DNA of 64,000 bases from Planctomycetota bacterium (GTDB lineage: Bacteria > Planctomycetota > UBA11346). Shown here piece by piece: positions 17,929 through 28,543 of the stretch (position 1 is the first letter of the stretch; every line of letters starts with the position of its first letter). The translations under genes and the position numbers were made by a program. The DNA lies in assembly GCA_038231435.1 (NCBI GenBank), contig JBBRLJ010000003.1, positions 64,001-128,000 of the forward strand. Direction: 5' to 3'. Below the pieces are notes generated by a model. That model ran no database searches. It was not told where the DNA came from and saw only the letters and a program-made list of their open reading frames with translations.

Positions 17929-19476
17929 ATGACCAATACCTCTGCCCATAGCTCCTCCCATGGTTCGGCCCCCCTGCCCTTGGCCTCGCTGCCGGCCACG
18001 CTCGGTGCGCTCAAGGCCACCGGTTCCCGCCACGCCGCGCGCGGGGTGAAGGACGAATTGCGCGCCAACCTGGTGTCCGCGCTCTCGGCGGGTGACAGCG
18101 GCGAACGCCTCTTCCCCGGCCTGGTCGGATACGGCGACACGGTCATCCCCCAGGTCGTGAACGCCGTGCTCGCTGGCCACGACCTGCTGCTGCTGGGCCT
18201 GCGCGGTCAAGCCAAGACCCGCCTCGCGCGCGCCCTAGCGCGTTTCCTCGACGCCCAGGTCCCCGCGCTGGTGGGCGACCCCCTGCGTTCGCACCCCCTC
18301 GCGCCGGTCGGCGCGGTCGCCGAGGAGATCGTGCGCCGTGATGGCGACGGCGCGAAGGTCGTCTGGCTCACGCGCGACGAGCGCTACGGCGAGAAGTTGG
18401 CCACGCCCGACGTCTCGGTGGCCGATCTGATCGGCGACGTCGATCCCATCCGCGCCTCGCGCGAGGGCTACGACCTCGGCGATCTGCGCGCCGTGACCTT
18501 CGGCATCGTGCCCCGCACCAATCGCGGCATCTTCTGCATCAACGAACTGCCCGACCTCGCGCCGCGCATCCAGGTGGCGCTATTCAACATCCTCGAGGAG
18601 CAGGACGTGCAGGTGCGCGGCATCCCGCTGCGTCTGCCGCTCGACCTGATGCTGGTGTTCACCGCCAACCCTGAGGACTACACCTCGCGCGGGCAGATCA
18701 TCACGCCGCTCAAGGACCGCATTGGCGCGCAGGTGTTGACGCACTATCCCAAGACCCGCGACCAGGGCGTGGCGATCATGGACCAGGAGGCCCATACCGC
18801 GCGCACCGCCACGGTGGCTCCGGTCGTGGCGCCGCTGTTCCACCTGATCATCGAGGAGGCCGCGCGCGCCGCGCGCGCCAGCGAATTCGTGGACACCAAG
18901 AGCGGGGTCTCGGCCCGCCTCACCATCGCCGCGCTCGAGGCGCTCCACGCCAATGTGCTGCAGCGCGGCCTGCTCCTGAAGGAGGCCAAGCCGCACGCGC
19001 GCCTGGTCGACCTGCCGGCGACGCTCGCGGCGATGACCGGCAAGATCGAACTCGCGTACGAGGGCGAGCAGGAAGGCCCGCTGAAGGTCGGCTGGCATGT
19101 GCTCGGCGAAGCGATGAAGACGCTGTGGGCCGAGCGCCTGCCGCCGGTCATCAACGAGAAGGACGACGAGCGCGACAAGGGTCCCTTCAAGAACATCCTC
19201 GCCTGGTTCGCCGCCGGCAACGTGCTGAAGCTGTCGGACCGCTCCACCACCAAGGAGCACGAGGCCGCGCTCGCCGCGGTTCCGGATCTCGCGGCGCTCA
19301 CGGACAGGCTGCTCAAGCCGCAGCCCGAGGAGCGCGTGCTGTGGCAGGAGTTCATCGTCGAGGGGATGTTCCACGGCGGCGCCCTGGCGCGCGAGGACTC
19401 GGCTCGCGGCCTGGTCTATTCGGATCTGCTCGCGCATATGATGGGACGAGACGACAAGAAGCGGAGGCGTTCATGA
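17929..19476 (+). CDS. AAA+ ATPase, magnesium-chelatase/MoxR-like (Rv0958-like)
   Basis: Walker A variant GLRGQAKT, EKLATPDVSVADLIGDVDP, INELPDL, FTANPEDYTSRG.IITPLKDR. Confidence 0.9.
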   Translation: MTNTSAHSSSHGSAPLPLASLPATLGALKATGSRHAARGVKDELRANLVSALSAGDSGERLFPGLVGYGDTVIPQVVNAVLAGHDLLLLGLRGQAKTRLARALARFLDAQVPALVGDPLRSHPLAPVGAVAEEIVRRDGDGAKVVWLTRDERYGEKLATPDVSVADLIGDVDPIRASREGYDLGDLRAVTFGIVPRTNRGIFCINELPDLAPRIQVALFNILEEQDVQVRGIPLRLPLDLMLVFTANPEDYTSRGQIITPLKDRIGAQVLTHYPKTRDQGVAIMDQEAHTARTATVAPVVAPLFHLIIEEAARAARASEFVDTKSGVSARLTIAALEALHANVLQRGLLLKEAKPHARLVDLPATLAAMTGKIELAYEGEQEGPLKVGWHVLGEAMKTLWAERLPPVINEKDDERDKGPFKNILAWFAAGNVLKLSDRSTTKEHEAALAAVPDLAALTDRLLKPQPEERVLWQEFIVEGMFHGGALAREDSARGLVYSDLLAHMMGRDDKKRRRS

Positions 19477-20027
19477 CCAGTCCAGCGAACGGTGCCACCA
19501 CCGGAGTCAGCACCGGAGTCAGCACGAAGGCGGATCACATCCGCGAACTCGAGCGCACGCGAGACGTGACCCTCCCCTACTTCACGATGAGCGAGGACGT
19601 CCTGTCGCGTTCGTACGCGCCGGGAAAATGGAACCTGCGCCAGTTCCTCCTCCACCTCGCCGATTGCGAAGGCGTATTCGTCGACCGCATGCGCCGCGTG
19701 TTGGCCGAGGACCGGCCGTTGCTGATGAAGTTCGATGAAAACCGTTGGGCGGGCCTGTTCCCCGAGCGCCGCTCGCTCGCCATCGCCGCCAACGCCTTCC
19801 GCGCATGCCGCGAGTCGGTGATCGAGTTGGCCAGACTCGCGCCGGCCGAGATCACGACCCGGGTCGGCGTCCATTCCGGCGAAGGCTTGCGCAGCTTCGC
19901 GCAGTTGCTCGAGAAGAGCTGGCAGCACAACGCCCACCACCTGACGCAGATCGAGGCGATCGTGGCCGGCAAGCCCTGGCAGCCGCGCGCCACGCCGTAC
20001 GCGATGCTTGCCGAACCGCGGACCTGA
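19473..20027 (+). CDS. DinB/YfiT-like protein (paralog 1)
   Basis: YAPGKWNLRQFLLHLADCE...DRMRRVLAE...FDENRW...HNAHHLTQI. ATGA overlap with the ATPase. Confidence 0.88.
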   Translation: MTSPANGATTGVSTGVSTKADHIRELERTRDVTLPYFTMSEDVLSRSYAPGKWNLRQFLLHLADCEGVFVDRMRRVLAEDRPLLMKFDENRWAGLFPERRSLAIAANAFRACRESVIELARLAPAEITTRVGVHSGEGLRSFAQLLEKSWQHNAHHLTQIEAIVAGKPWQPRATPYAMLAEPRT

Positions 20028-20039
20028 GCCGAGGCGACC

Positions 20040-20525
20040 ATGAGCGACATCTCCTTCATCGATCTCGAGGCCCTGCGCCGCACCCGCGACGCGACCCTGC
20101 CGTTCTTCACCAGCGACGCGGCCACCCTCGCCCGATCGTACGCTCCGGGCAAGTGGACGATGCGCCAGATGCTCCTGCACCTGGTCGACACCGAGACGGT
20201 GCTCTTCGAACGCATGCGGCGCGTGCTCGCTGATGAAAATCCACTGCTTATGGGCTTCGACGAGAATCGCTGGGTCGAGCACCTGCACTACGACCAGCGC
20301 TCGCTCGCGACCGCCGAAGCCCTGTACCGGGTGACTCGCGATTCCACCATCGAGCTCGCGCTCGCCACCACCCCAGCTGAGCGTGCCCGCGAAGGCGTGC
20401 ACAATGAGCAGGGCAAGCGCAGTTTCGCGCACTTCGCGGCCATGGTGCACGGCCACAACGCCCATCACCTCGAGCAGGTGCGCGCCATCGCCGCCGGTGC
20501 CTCGTGGTCACCTCGCCCCGCCTGA
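20040..20525 (+). CDS. DinB/YfiT-like protein (paralog 2)
   Basis: YAPGKWTMRQMLLHLVDTE...ERMRRVLA...FDENRW...HNAHHLEQV. GAGG RBS. Confidence 0.9.
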   Translation: MSDISFIDLEALRRTRDATLPFFTSDAATLARSYAPGKWTMRQMLLHLVDTETVLFERMRRVLADENPLLMGFDENRWVEHLHYDQRSLATAEALYRVTRDSTIELALATTPAERAREGVHNEQGKRSFAHFAAMVHGHNAHHLEQVRAIAAGASWSPRPA

Positions 20526-20587
20526 CCGCCATCACGTATCCGCTCCTTCTCAGCCACCGCATCGAGAGAATCAGGAAGAGGTGAGCC

Positions 20588-21664
20588 ATGCACTTCGAAT
20601 ACCGGCATCTGGACTGGCGCGAGCTCGCAAACCAGCTCAAGCGCGAGCAGCTCATCGATGAGCTGTTCCGCGAGCTGATGCTCGCCGCCAATGGCGAGGT
20701 CGAGCCGGCGCTGCGCTGGCTCGACTCGCCGCAGGGTCGGCGCATGCGCGATCAGCTGGGATTCTCGAAGGAGGATTTCGAGAAGCGACTGAAGGAGCGC
20801 AAGCTGATCACCGGCAAGTCGGGAGAGCGCAAGCTCACCGCCAAGGGGGAGCGCGATCTGCGCTCGTCGTGCCTCGAGAACGTCTTCGGGCGTCTCAAGA
20901 GCGGTGGCAAAGGTGAGCATGCCACCAAGCGTTCCGGCCGGACCGGAGACCCCACCGGCATCCTCAGGCAATGGCAGCCAGGAGACGAATCGCGCGACAT
21001 CGCCTATCGCGACAGCATGCTCGCGGCGCTGCGCCAAGGGCATGGGGGCCTCGAGGAAGGCGACCTGCTGATCGACGAGCGCGAGGACACCACCTCTGCC
21101 GCGACCGTCATGCTCATCGACGTATCGCACAGCATGACGCTCTACGGCGAGGACCGCATCACCCCCGCGAAGCGCGTGGCGATGGCATTCGCCGAGCTGC
21201 AGAAGCGCCGCTATCCCCGCGACAGTCTGAACATCCTGCTCTTCGGCGACGATGTCGAGGAGGTCCAGGTGGCGGACCTGCCCTACATCTCGAACGGGCC
21301 GTTCCACACCAACACCTGCGAGGCGTTGCGCCGGGCCGCCGAGATCCTGATCAAGAAGCACCAGCCCAACAAGCGCGTGGTGATGATCACCGACGGCAAA
21401 CCGTCGGCCCTGCTGGTGAAGGGCGAGCTGATGGTCAACAGCGCCGGGCTGGATCCAGAGATCGTCACGGCGACCCTCAAGCAGGGAGCGCGCTATCCGC
21501 GCCTGGGCATCGAGCTGACGGTGTTCATGGTCGCGACCGACGCCTATCTCGAACGCTTCATCGCCAAGCTCGTCGAAGTCAGCCGCGGGAGCGCCTTCCG
21601 CGCCTCGCTCGGCGACCTGGGCCAGCAGGTGCTGTCCCGCATCTTCGGCGAAAAAAGGGGCTGA
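20588..21664 (+). CDS. VWA domain protein (Rv0959-like partner of the AAA+ ATPase)
   Basis: MIDAS DVSHSM, GEDRITPAKRVAMA, HTNT, MITDGKPS. Confidence 0.9.
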   Translation: MHFEYRHLDWRELANQLKREQLIDELFRELMLAANGEVEPALRWLDSPQGRRMRDQLGFSKEDFEKRLKERKLITGKSGERKLTAKGERDLRSSCLENVFGRLKSGGKGEHATKRSGRTGDPTGILRQWQPGDESRDIAYRDSMLAALRQGHGGLEEGDLLIDEREDTTSAATVMLIDVSHSMTLYGEDRITPAKRVAMAFAELQKRRYPRDSLNILLFGDDVEEVQVADLPYISNGPFHTNTCEALRRAAEILIKKHQPNKRVVMITDGKPSALLVKGELMVNSAGLDPEIVTATLKQGARYPRLGIELTVFMVATDAYLERFIAKLVEVSRGSAFRASLGDLGQQVLSRIFGEKRG

Positions 21665-21667
21665 TTG

Positions 21668-21816
21668 TTTCAGGGGCTTCGCCCCTACGGCCTTCAGCCT
21701 ACCCCACGGGGCTTTGTCGGGGCTCGATTTCTACGGCTGAGCCTACGACATCGTCGTAGCGTAGCGGAGACATCGAGCCCCGACAAAGACCGTGGGGGCC
21801 CGGGGGCAAAGCCCCC
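21668..21816. repeat. Structured intergenic repeat, family B, copy 1 (REP-doublet/MITE-like)
   Basis: Internal inverted repeat CTTTGTCGGGGCTCGAT (21712-21728) / ATCGAGCCCCGACAAAG (21772-21788), terminal GGGGC-loop-GCCCC hairpins, and homology to 38403-38491. Confidence 0.8.
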
Positions 21817-21818
21817 GC

Positions 21819-24722
21819 TTACGAGTCGAGCACCTCACGCACCTTGCTGAGCAGAGCATGGGCCGAGAACGGTTTCTCGATCAGCACCACGCCGGGGGCG
21901 AGGATGCCCTTGTGGACGATCGCCTTGTCGGCGTAGCCGGACATGAACATCGAGCGCATGTCCGGTCGGCTAGAGGAGAGGCGGTCGACGACCTCGCGAC
22001 CGCTCATGCCGGGCATGATGACGTCGCAGACGGCCAGATGGATGATGCCCTGGTGCGACGACGCCAAGGCCAGCGCCTGGTCGCCGTCACGCGCCGCAAG
22101 CACCCGGTAGCCGCCGCGAGCCAGGGTCGATTTCGAGAACTCGAGCACGTCCGGATCGTCCTCGACCAGCAGAAGGGTCTCGTCGCCCACCGATCCGGTT
22201 GACGCGTCGCTGACGCTCGTGGTGCGATCGTCGCTCTCGTCGATGCGCGGCAGGTAGATCTCGAACGACGTCCCCTTGCCGGCCTCACTGTAGACCAGGA
22301 TGTTCCCGCCGCTCTGCTTGACGATGCCATAGACCGTCGCGAGACCCAGGCCGGTGCCCTTGCCCTGCTCCTTGGTGGTGAAGAAGGGCTCGAACATGTG
22401 CCCAAGCGTCTCCGTGCTCATCCCATGCCCGGTGTCGCGCACTGCCAACATCACCCATTTCCCGGGTTCGAGATCCGCGCGCGGCGGCGCGGCGACCGCC
22501 GATGGGGCCTCGAAATCGACGTTCGAGGTCTCGATGGAAAGCGTGCCGCCCTGCGACATGGCATCGCGCGCGTTCACCGTCAAATTCATGATTACCTGCT
22601 CGAACTGACCAGGGTCGGCACGCACCTTTCCCAACGTGGGAGAGAGCGACAGCAGTATGTCGATATCCTCGCTGATCAGCGGGCGCAGGAGCTTCTCCAT
22701 GTCGGCGATGATGCCGTTGAGGTCGAGGGTCTTCGGCTGAAGCACCTGGCGTCGGCTGAAGGCGAGCAGCTGGCGGGTGAGACCGGCGGCGCGCGTCGCC
22801 GCCTTGAGGATCTGCTCGGCACTGCGGCGCTGCGGGCTCGCCAGGTCCGGACTCTCGATCAGCATCTGACCGTAACCGGTGATGACCGTGAGCAGGTTGT
22901 TGAAATCGTGCGCGACGCCCCCAGCGAGCTGGCCGACCGCCTCCATCTTCTGCGATTGGCGCAGGCGTTCCTCTAGCTGCTTCTGCTCGGTGACGTCCTG
23001 CGCCATCGAGATGACACCGATGAACGCTCCGTCCGAGGTGTGCATCGCGTTGTTGATCCAGCGGCAATGGATGATGCGGCCGGATTTGGTGATGATCGGT
23101 TCCTCGCCGCTGATCACCAACTCGCCAGCGGCCAAGCGCTCGAACAGCGCCGTGACATGGGCGCGGCTCTCTGGGAAGACCAGCATCTCGAAGGAATTCC
23201 TGCCCAGGACCTCGCCACGCTGGTATCCGAACATGCGATCAGCCGCCGGATTCCAGGAGATCACGCGGAATTGAGCGTCGTGGACTATGCACGCCAACGG
23301 CAGGCGCTCGAGCTGCAGTTCGGTGCGCTCGTAGAGCTGCTCGCGTTCGCCCTCGAGGCGGCGCCGTGCCTCCTCGCCGCGCTTGCGCTCGCTGATGTCG
23401 CGGATGACTGCGACAGTGTGGAGATCGCCCTCTTGGGTGAAGGTCGAGATGTGCACCTCCATCTCGAATTCGCTGCCGTCCTTACGCAGGCCGATCGTCT
23501 CATACGTCGTGGCGCTGGGCTCCCCCTCCGAACGGCGTCGGATGCGGTCCGCGATCCCCGACCGCTCCGGTGGAGCAAGCAGGTCGACGATGGGCCGCCC
23601 GGCGATCTCGGCATCCCCGTAGCCGAACAATTTCAGGTAGGCTCGATTGGCGAACTGGTGGATTCCCGACTTGGACACGCCGACGGCGTCGATGGAGGAT
23701 TCGAAGATGGCGCGAAATTTCGACTCGCTCTCGCGCAGGGCGATCTCGGCGGCCTTGCGCCGGGTGATGTCGCGCATCACCACCTGGATGACGGTGGATG
23801 ATCCATCCATGGCGATGGCGTTCGAGGTGGCCTCGACATCGATCGGCGTGCCATCGACCCTGAGCAGGGCGCGTTCGGACATGGGATTGGCGATGCCAGT
23901 GGCGATCGTCTTCGCCACCCGCTCGCGGACCATGTGATGGTGCTGCGGCTGCACGAAATCCAGCATCGGTCGGCCGACCAGGTCCTCGATTGTCGCAGCT
24001 CCGAGCATGGCGGCGGCGGCGGTGTTGGCGAACACCAGGCGTTCGGAATCATGGGCAATGATCGCGTCCGGCGAGAGCTCCACCAGCTGGCGGTAGCGCG
24101 CCGCGCTGTCACGCATCTCCTGATCGATGCGCTTCTGCTCGGTGATGTCGGTGAGCACGGACAGCGCCGCCACCACCTTGCCGTCCCGCGAGATCGGGCC
24201 GATACGGATACGGTACCAGACGTGCGCGCCGTCCGGGCGTACCCATTCCTTCTCGTAGGTCGTCGCCTGGTTGTCGCGCAGCACCGATTCGTAGCGGGCC
24301 CGCGCGCCGGGTTGTTCGGAAGGCAGCACGTAGCGCAGAACGCTGTGGCCGAGGACATCTTCCCGACGCAACCCCACGGCCACGCGGTTGAGATGGGTGA
24401 CGACCAGATCGGGGCCGACGATGTAGATGATATCGGGCGCGTGCTCGACCAGGGTGCGCCAACGCTCCTCGGATTCGAGCCGTGCCTGGAGCGCCGCGGA
24501 TAGCTCTGCGGCATGACCGCGTTCGCTCGCGCGCAGCCGCCGGACCCTCTGCCAGGCGGTGCCCAACACCGCGGCTGCGATCAATCCCGCCGCGGCTGCC
24601 GCCCACGAGGCGATCTCGTCGCCCGCCACCGACCTGCCAGCGTCAGCGCAGGCGATACCCGGCACGCATGCGAGGATCAGCAGCGCGCGACCGACCTGCA
24701 TCAGACGCAAGGGAACGTCCAT
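21819..24722 (-). CDS. Hybrid sensor histidine kinase (TM, 4 PAS, HisKA/HATPase, receiver; CckA-like)
   Basis: Four PAS repeats, QKMEAVGQLAGGVAHDFNNLL, NARDAM, FEPFFTTK..GKGTGLGL, and receiver LLVEDD...DVIMPGMSG. Start uncertain. Confidence 0.93.
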   Translation of the reverse strand: MDVPLRLMQVGRALLILACVPGIACADAGRSVAGDEIASWAAAAAGLIAAAVLGTAWQRVRRLRASERGHAAELSAALQARLESEERWRTLVEHAPDIIYIVGPDLVVTHLNRVAVGLRREDVLGHSVLRYVLPSEQPGARARYESVLRDNQATTYEKEWVRPDGAHVWYRIRIGPISRDGKVVAALSVLTDITEQKRIDQEMRDSAARYRQLVELSPDAIIAHDSERLVFANTAAAAMLGAATIEDLVGRPMLDFVQPQHHHMVRERVAKTIATGIANPMSERALLRVDGTPIDVEATSNAIAMDGSSTVIQVVMRDITRRKAAEIALRESESKFRAIFESSIDAVGVSKSGIHQFANRAYLKLFGYGDAEIAGRPIVDLLAPPERSGIADRIRRRSEGEPSATTYETIGLRKDGSEFEMEVHISTFTQEGDLHTVAVIRDISERKRGEEARRRLEGEREQLYERTELQLERLPLACIVHDAQFRVISWNPAADRMFGYQRGEVLGRNSFEMLVFPESRAHVTALFERLAAGELVISGEEPIITKSGRIIHCRWINNAMHTSDGAFIGVISMAQDVTEQKQLEERLRQSQKMEAVGQLAGGVAHDFNNLLTVITGYGQMLIESPDLASPQRRSAEQILKAATRAAGLTRQLLAFSRRQVLQPKTLDLNGIIADMEKLLRPLISEDIDILLSLSPTLGKVRADPGQFEQVIMNLTVNARDAMSQGGTLSIETSNVDFEAPSAVAAPPRADLEPGKWVMLAVRDTGHGMSTETLGHMFEPFFTTKEQGKGTGLGLATVYGIVKQSGGNILVYSEAGKGTSFEIYLPRIDESDDRTTSVSDASTGSVGDETLLLVEDDPDVLEFSKSTLARGGYRVLAARDGDQALALASSHQGIIHLAVCDVIMPGMSGREVVDRLSSSRPDMRSMFMSGYADKAIVHKGILAPGVVLIEKPFSAHALLSKVREVLDS

Positions 24723-24870
24723 GGCACGACGATACGCCCGGATCCGACCTACGGAAGTCGAGGAACTGAGGCCCTGTTGGATGTGCCTGCCGGCTCTACC
24801 GAAAGAAGTCGACTGAGTTCTGGCGGTGCCACCGAAGCTGCCGGCTGGGGTGCCCGGCTGCATCGGCAGG

Positions 24871-26289
<1,419 letters not shown>

Positions 26290-26396
26290 GTGATCCATCG
26301 GTGAAAAGTGCGCACCGACGGACGAATCAGGCGAAGCGCGGGTTGTGAGGAAGTCTCTAACGATACGGTAAAAACCATTATCTCAAGACAATACTC

Positions 26397-26425
26397 TTAG
26401 TTGGGGGGCTACGGCCCCCCAACTA
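26397..26425. repeat. REP-like hairpin repeat, family A, copy 2
   Basis: TTAGTTGGGGGGCTACGGCCCCCCAACTA; the right end supplies the TAG stop of tamA. Confidence 0.8.
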
Positions 26426-28543
26426 GAAAGAAAAGCCGACGGCGAACAGGAACAGGTACGCGCCGAAATCCCGCGCCTTGCGCTTGGGATCATAGGCGAC
26501 GTCGAGGCGGACCGGGCCCACCGGGAGCTGGTAGCGGATGCCGGTGCCGATGCCCTGGCCGACAGTGCCGTCGAGATGCCAGGTCTCCTCGTCGACCTCG
26601 CCGATGTCGTAGAACACCGCGGTCCAGAAATGCCCCCTCATCTGCAGGCGCAGCTCCGCGGATGCCATCGCCGCGGTGAGACCGCCAGTGGCATGGCCTG
26701 CCGTGTCGCGCGGACTCAGCTCGCCCTGGTCGTACGAGCGCACCGAATTCTCTCCGCCCAAGGTGAGCCGTTCCTGGATCGGCAGCGTGCCCGCTGAATC
26801 GAGCACCTGGCGCGTGGTGTACCTGCCATCCAGGCCGAACACCACCCGTGGGCCGAAGCTGAGGAATCCCGCTGCCCCGCCACTGTATTCGACGAAATTC
26901 AGATCCGATCCGACGTACGGCGACGAATAGGCGAGACCCACGCTCGCGAGCACGCCGGTGGTGGGCATGACCACGCTGTCGCGGCAATCGAAGCGCAGGC
27001 CGTCGAAGATGCGCGCGCTGGACACGTAGCCGCTCTGCTCGACTCCGGGAAGCGGTGCACTGATGTTCGAGGCTCGGCTGGTCTCGTACGTGTAGCCGCC
27101 CTTCGTCGACCATTTCGCGTCGAAGCGGTGCTCGAGGCTGATGGTCGCGGTATAGGTGCTGCGATCGAAGGTCGGCTCGCGGCGGAACAGGTAGCCGCCG
27201 CCGAGATCCAGGACGTTGTTGGCGCCAACCAGGTAATCGTCGCGCAGGTGCGAGTCGCCGCCGTAGCTCTTCATGCTGACGGTCGGATGGACTTCCCAGT
27301 AGCGGCCCTGGCCGAACAGGTTGCGGTCGCGGTAGCGGATGCCACCGCGCAGCAATTCATAGCTGCCGAAGCCGGCCTCGAATTCGAGCGAACGCGCGCG
27401 CGCCTCCTTGAGGGTCAGCACCACATCGGCGACCCGGCTGTCTCCATGCGGGTCCTGGACGCGCTTCTCCCAGCGCACCGACGAGAACGCGCCACTGCGA
27501 TTGAGCAATCGAACGCCCCGATCCAGGCGATCGCGATCGATGGCCTTGCCATGGGTCAGTCCGAGGCGGCGGCGCACGAAGCCGGGCTTGGTGCGGTCGA
27601 GGCCGACCGGCAGCACCTCGCCGAGCACGTACTCGGGCCCGGGCTTGATGGAGAAAATCACGGTCACGGTCGCGGTGACATCGTCGATCTCGGCGTGGGC
27701 CGCGACCTCGGTGTCGAGATGGCCGCGATCGAGCAGCCAGGCGCGGATCTTGGCCGCGGCCAGGGATGGCGAGCGGACGTAGTACGGCTTGCCGATCAGT
27801 TCGGCGACCTCCTTCACCGGCTTGATGTCGGGCACGCGCATGCCGCTATCGGTGAGATCAGGATCGAGCTCGACCTTGGTGATGATGAAGCGCTTGCCTT
27901 CCTCGATCGGCACCACCGCAAAAGCACCGCGCAAATCGTTGGAGAACGACACCACCGGCTTCGCCACGTGGACCCGGTAGTAGCCATCGAGCAGATAGGC
28001 CATCTCCACGGCACCCGCGCACGAATCGATGTCGTGTTTGCGATACGGTGCATTCTGCAGATCGAAGAGCCCGATGCCCTGGGCCTTGAGCATGCCGCGC
28101 AGCCGCCGCTGGGTGAAATGCGCGGCCCCGGGGAAATACAGCCGCTGCAGGTAGGCGCGCGCACCTTCCTTGATCACGAACACCGCCGATTTGGGCTCGG
28201 CCTGCGACGGTAGCAGGCGGAAATCAACGCGGCCATGAGCGAATCCCTGTTCGCGCAACACCGCCTCCATGGAATACGCTGCGTCCGCAAGGGCTGCCTC
28301 TGTCGGATGGCGCTGGAAATCCTGCAGTTCGCGGCGCGCGGCTGCCGCGAGCTCGCTCTTGCCGACGTGGTGCAGGCCCTCATACGCCACCGGAAGTTTG
28401 TCCCCGTCATCGGCGCCTTCGGCGCGGAACAACCAGGCCGAGATCAGCAGCGCGATCACGAGACCTGCCGCGCGACTAGACGCCGCGACGACGATCGACC
28501 TGGTCATGCGCGCGCCCATGGACATGTGGCGTCGGTGCATCAA
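26423..28543 (-). CDS. tamA: Omp85 family outer membrane protein, TamA-like
   Basis: POTRA-like repeats, RNLFGQG, GGENSVRSY, GIRYQLPVGPVRLDVA, terminal Phe; adjacent to tamB. True start may be slightly downstream. Confidence 0.85.
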   Translation of the reverse strand: MMHRRHMSMGARMTRSIVVAASSRAAGLVIALLISAWLFRAEGADDGDKLPVAYEGLHHVGKSELAAAARRELQDFQRHPTEAALADAAYSMEAVLREQGFAHGRVDFRLLPSQAEPKSAVFVIKEGARAYLQRLYFPGAAHFTQRRLRGMLKAQGIGLFDLQNAPYRKHDIDSCAGAVEMAYLLDGYYRVHVAKPVVSFSNDLRGAFAVVPIEEGKRFIITKVELDPDLTDSGMRVPDIKPVKEVAELIGKPYYVRSPSLAAAKIRAWLLDRGHLDTEVAAHAEIDDVTATVTVIFSIKPGPEYVLGEVLPVGLDRTKPGFVRRRLGLTHGKAIDRDRLDRGVRLLNRSGAFSSVRWEKRVQDPHGDSRVADVVLTLKEARARSLEFEAGFGSYELLRGGIRYRDRNLFGQGRYWEVHPTVSMKSYGGDSHLRDDYLVGANNVLDLGGGYLFRREPTFDRSTYTATISLEHRFDAKWSTKGGYTYETSRASNISAPLPGVEQSGYVSSARIFDGLRFDCRDSVVMPTTGVLASVGLAYSSPYVGSDLNFVEYSGGAAGFLSFGPRVVFGLDGRYTTRQVLDSAGTLPIQERLTLGGENSVRSYDQGELSPRDTAGHATGGLTAAMASAELRLQMRGHFWTAVFYDIGEVDEETWHLDGTVGQGIGTGIRYQLPVGPVRLDVAYDPKRKARDFGAYLFLFAVGFSF

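Noticed and set aside
21665..21850. Short ORFs FQGLRPYG... at 21665+ and within 37994-38584-
   Set aside because: Their similarity comes from the shared non-coding repeat element.
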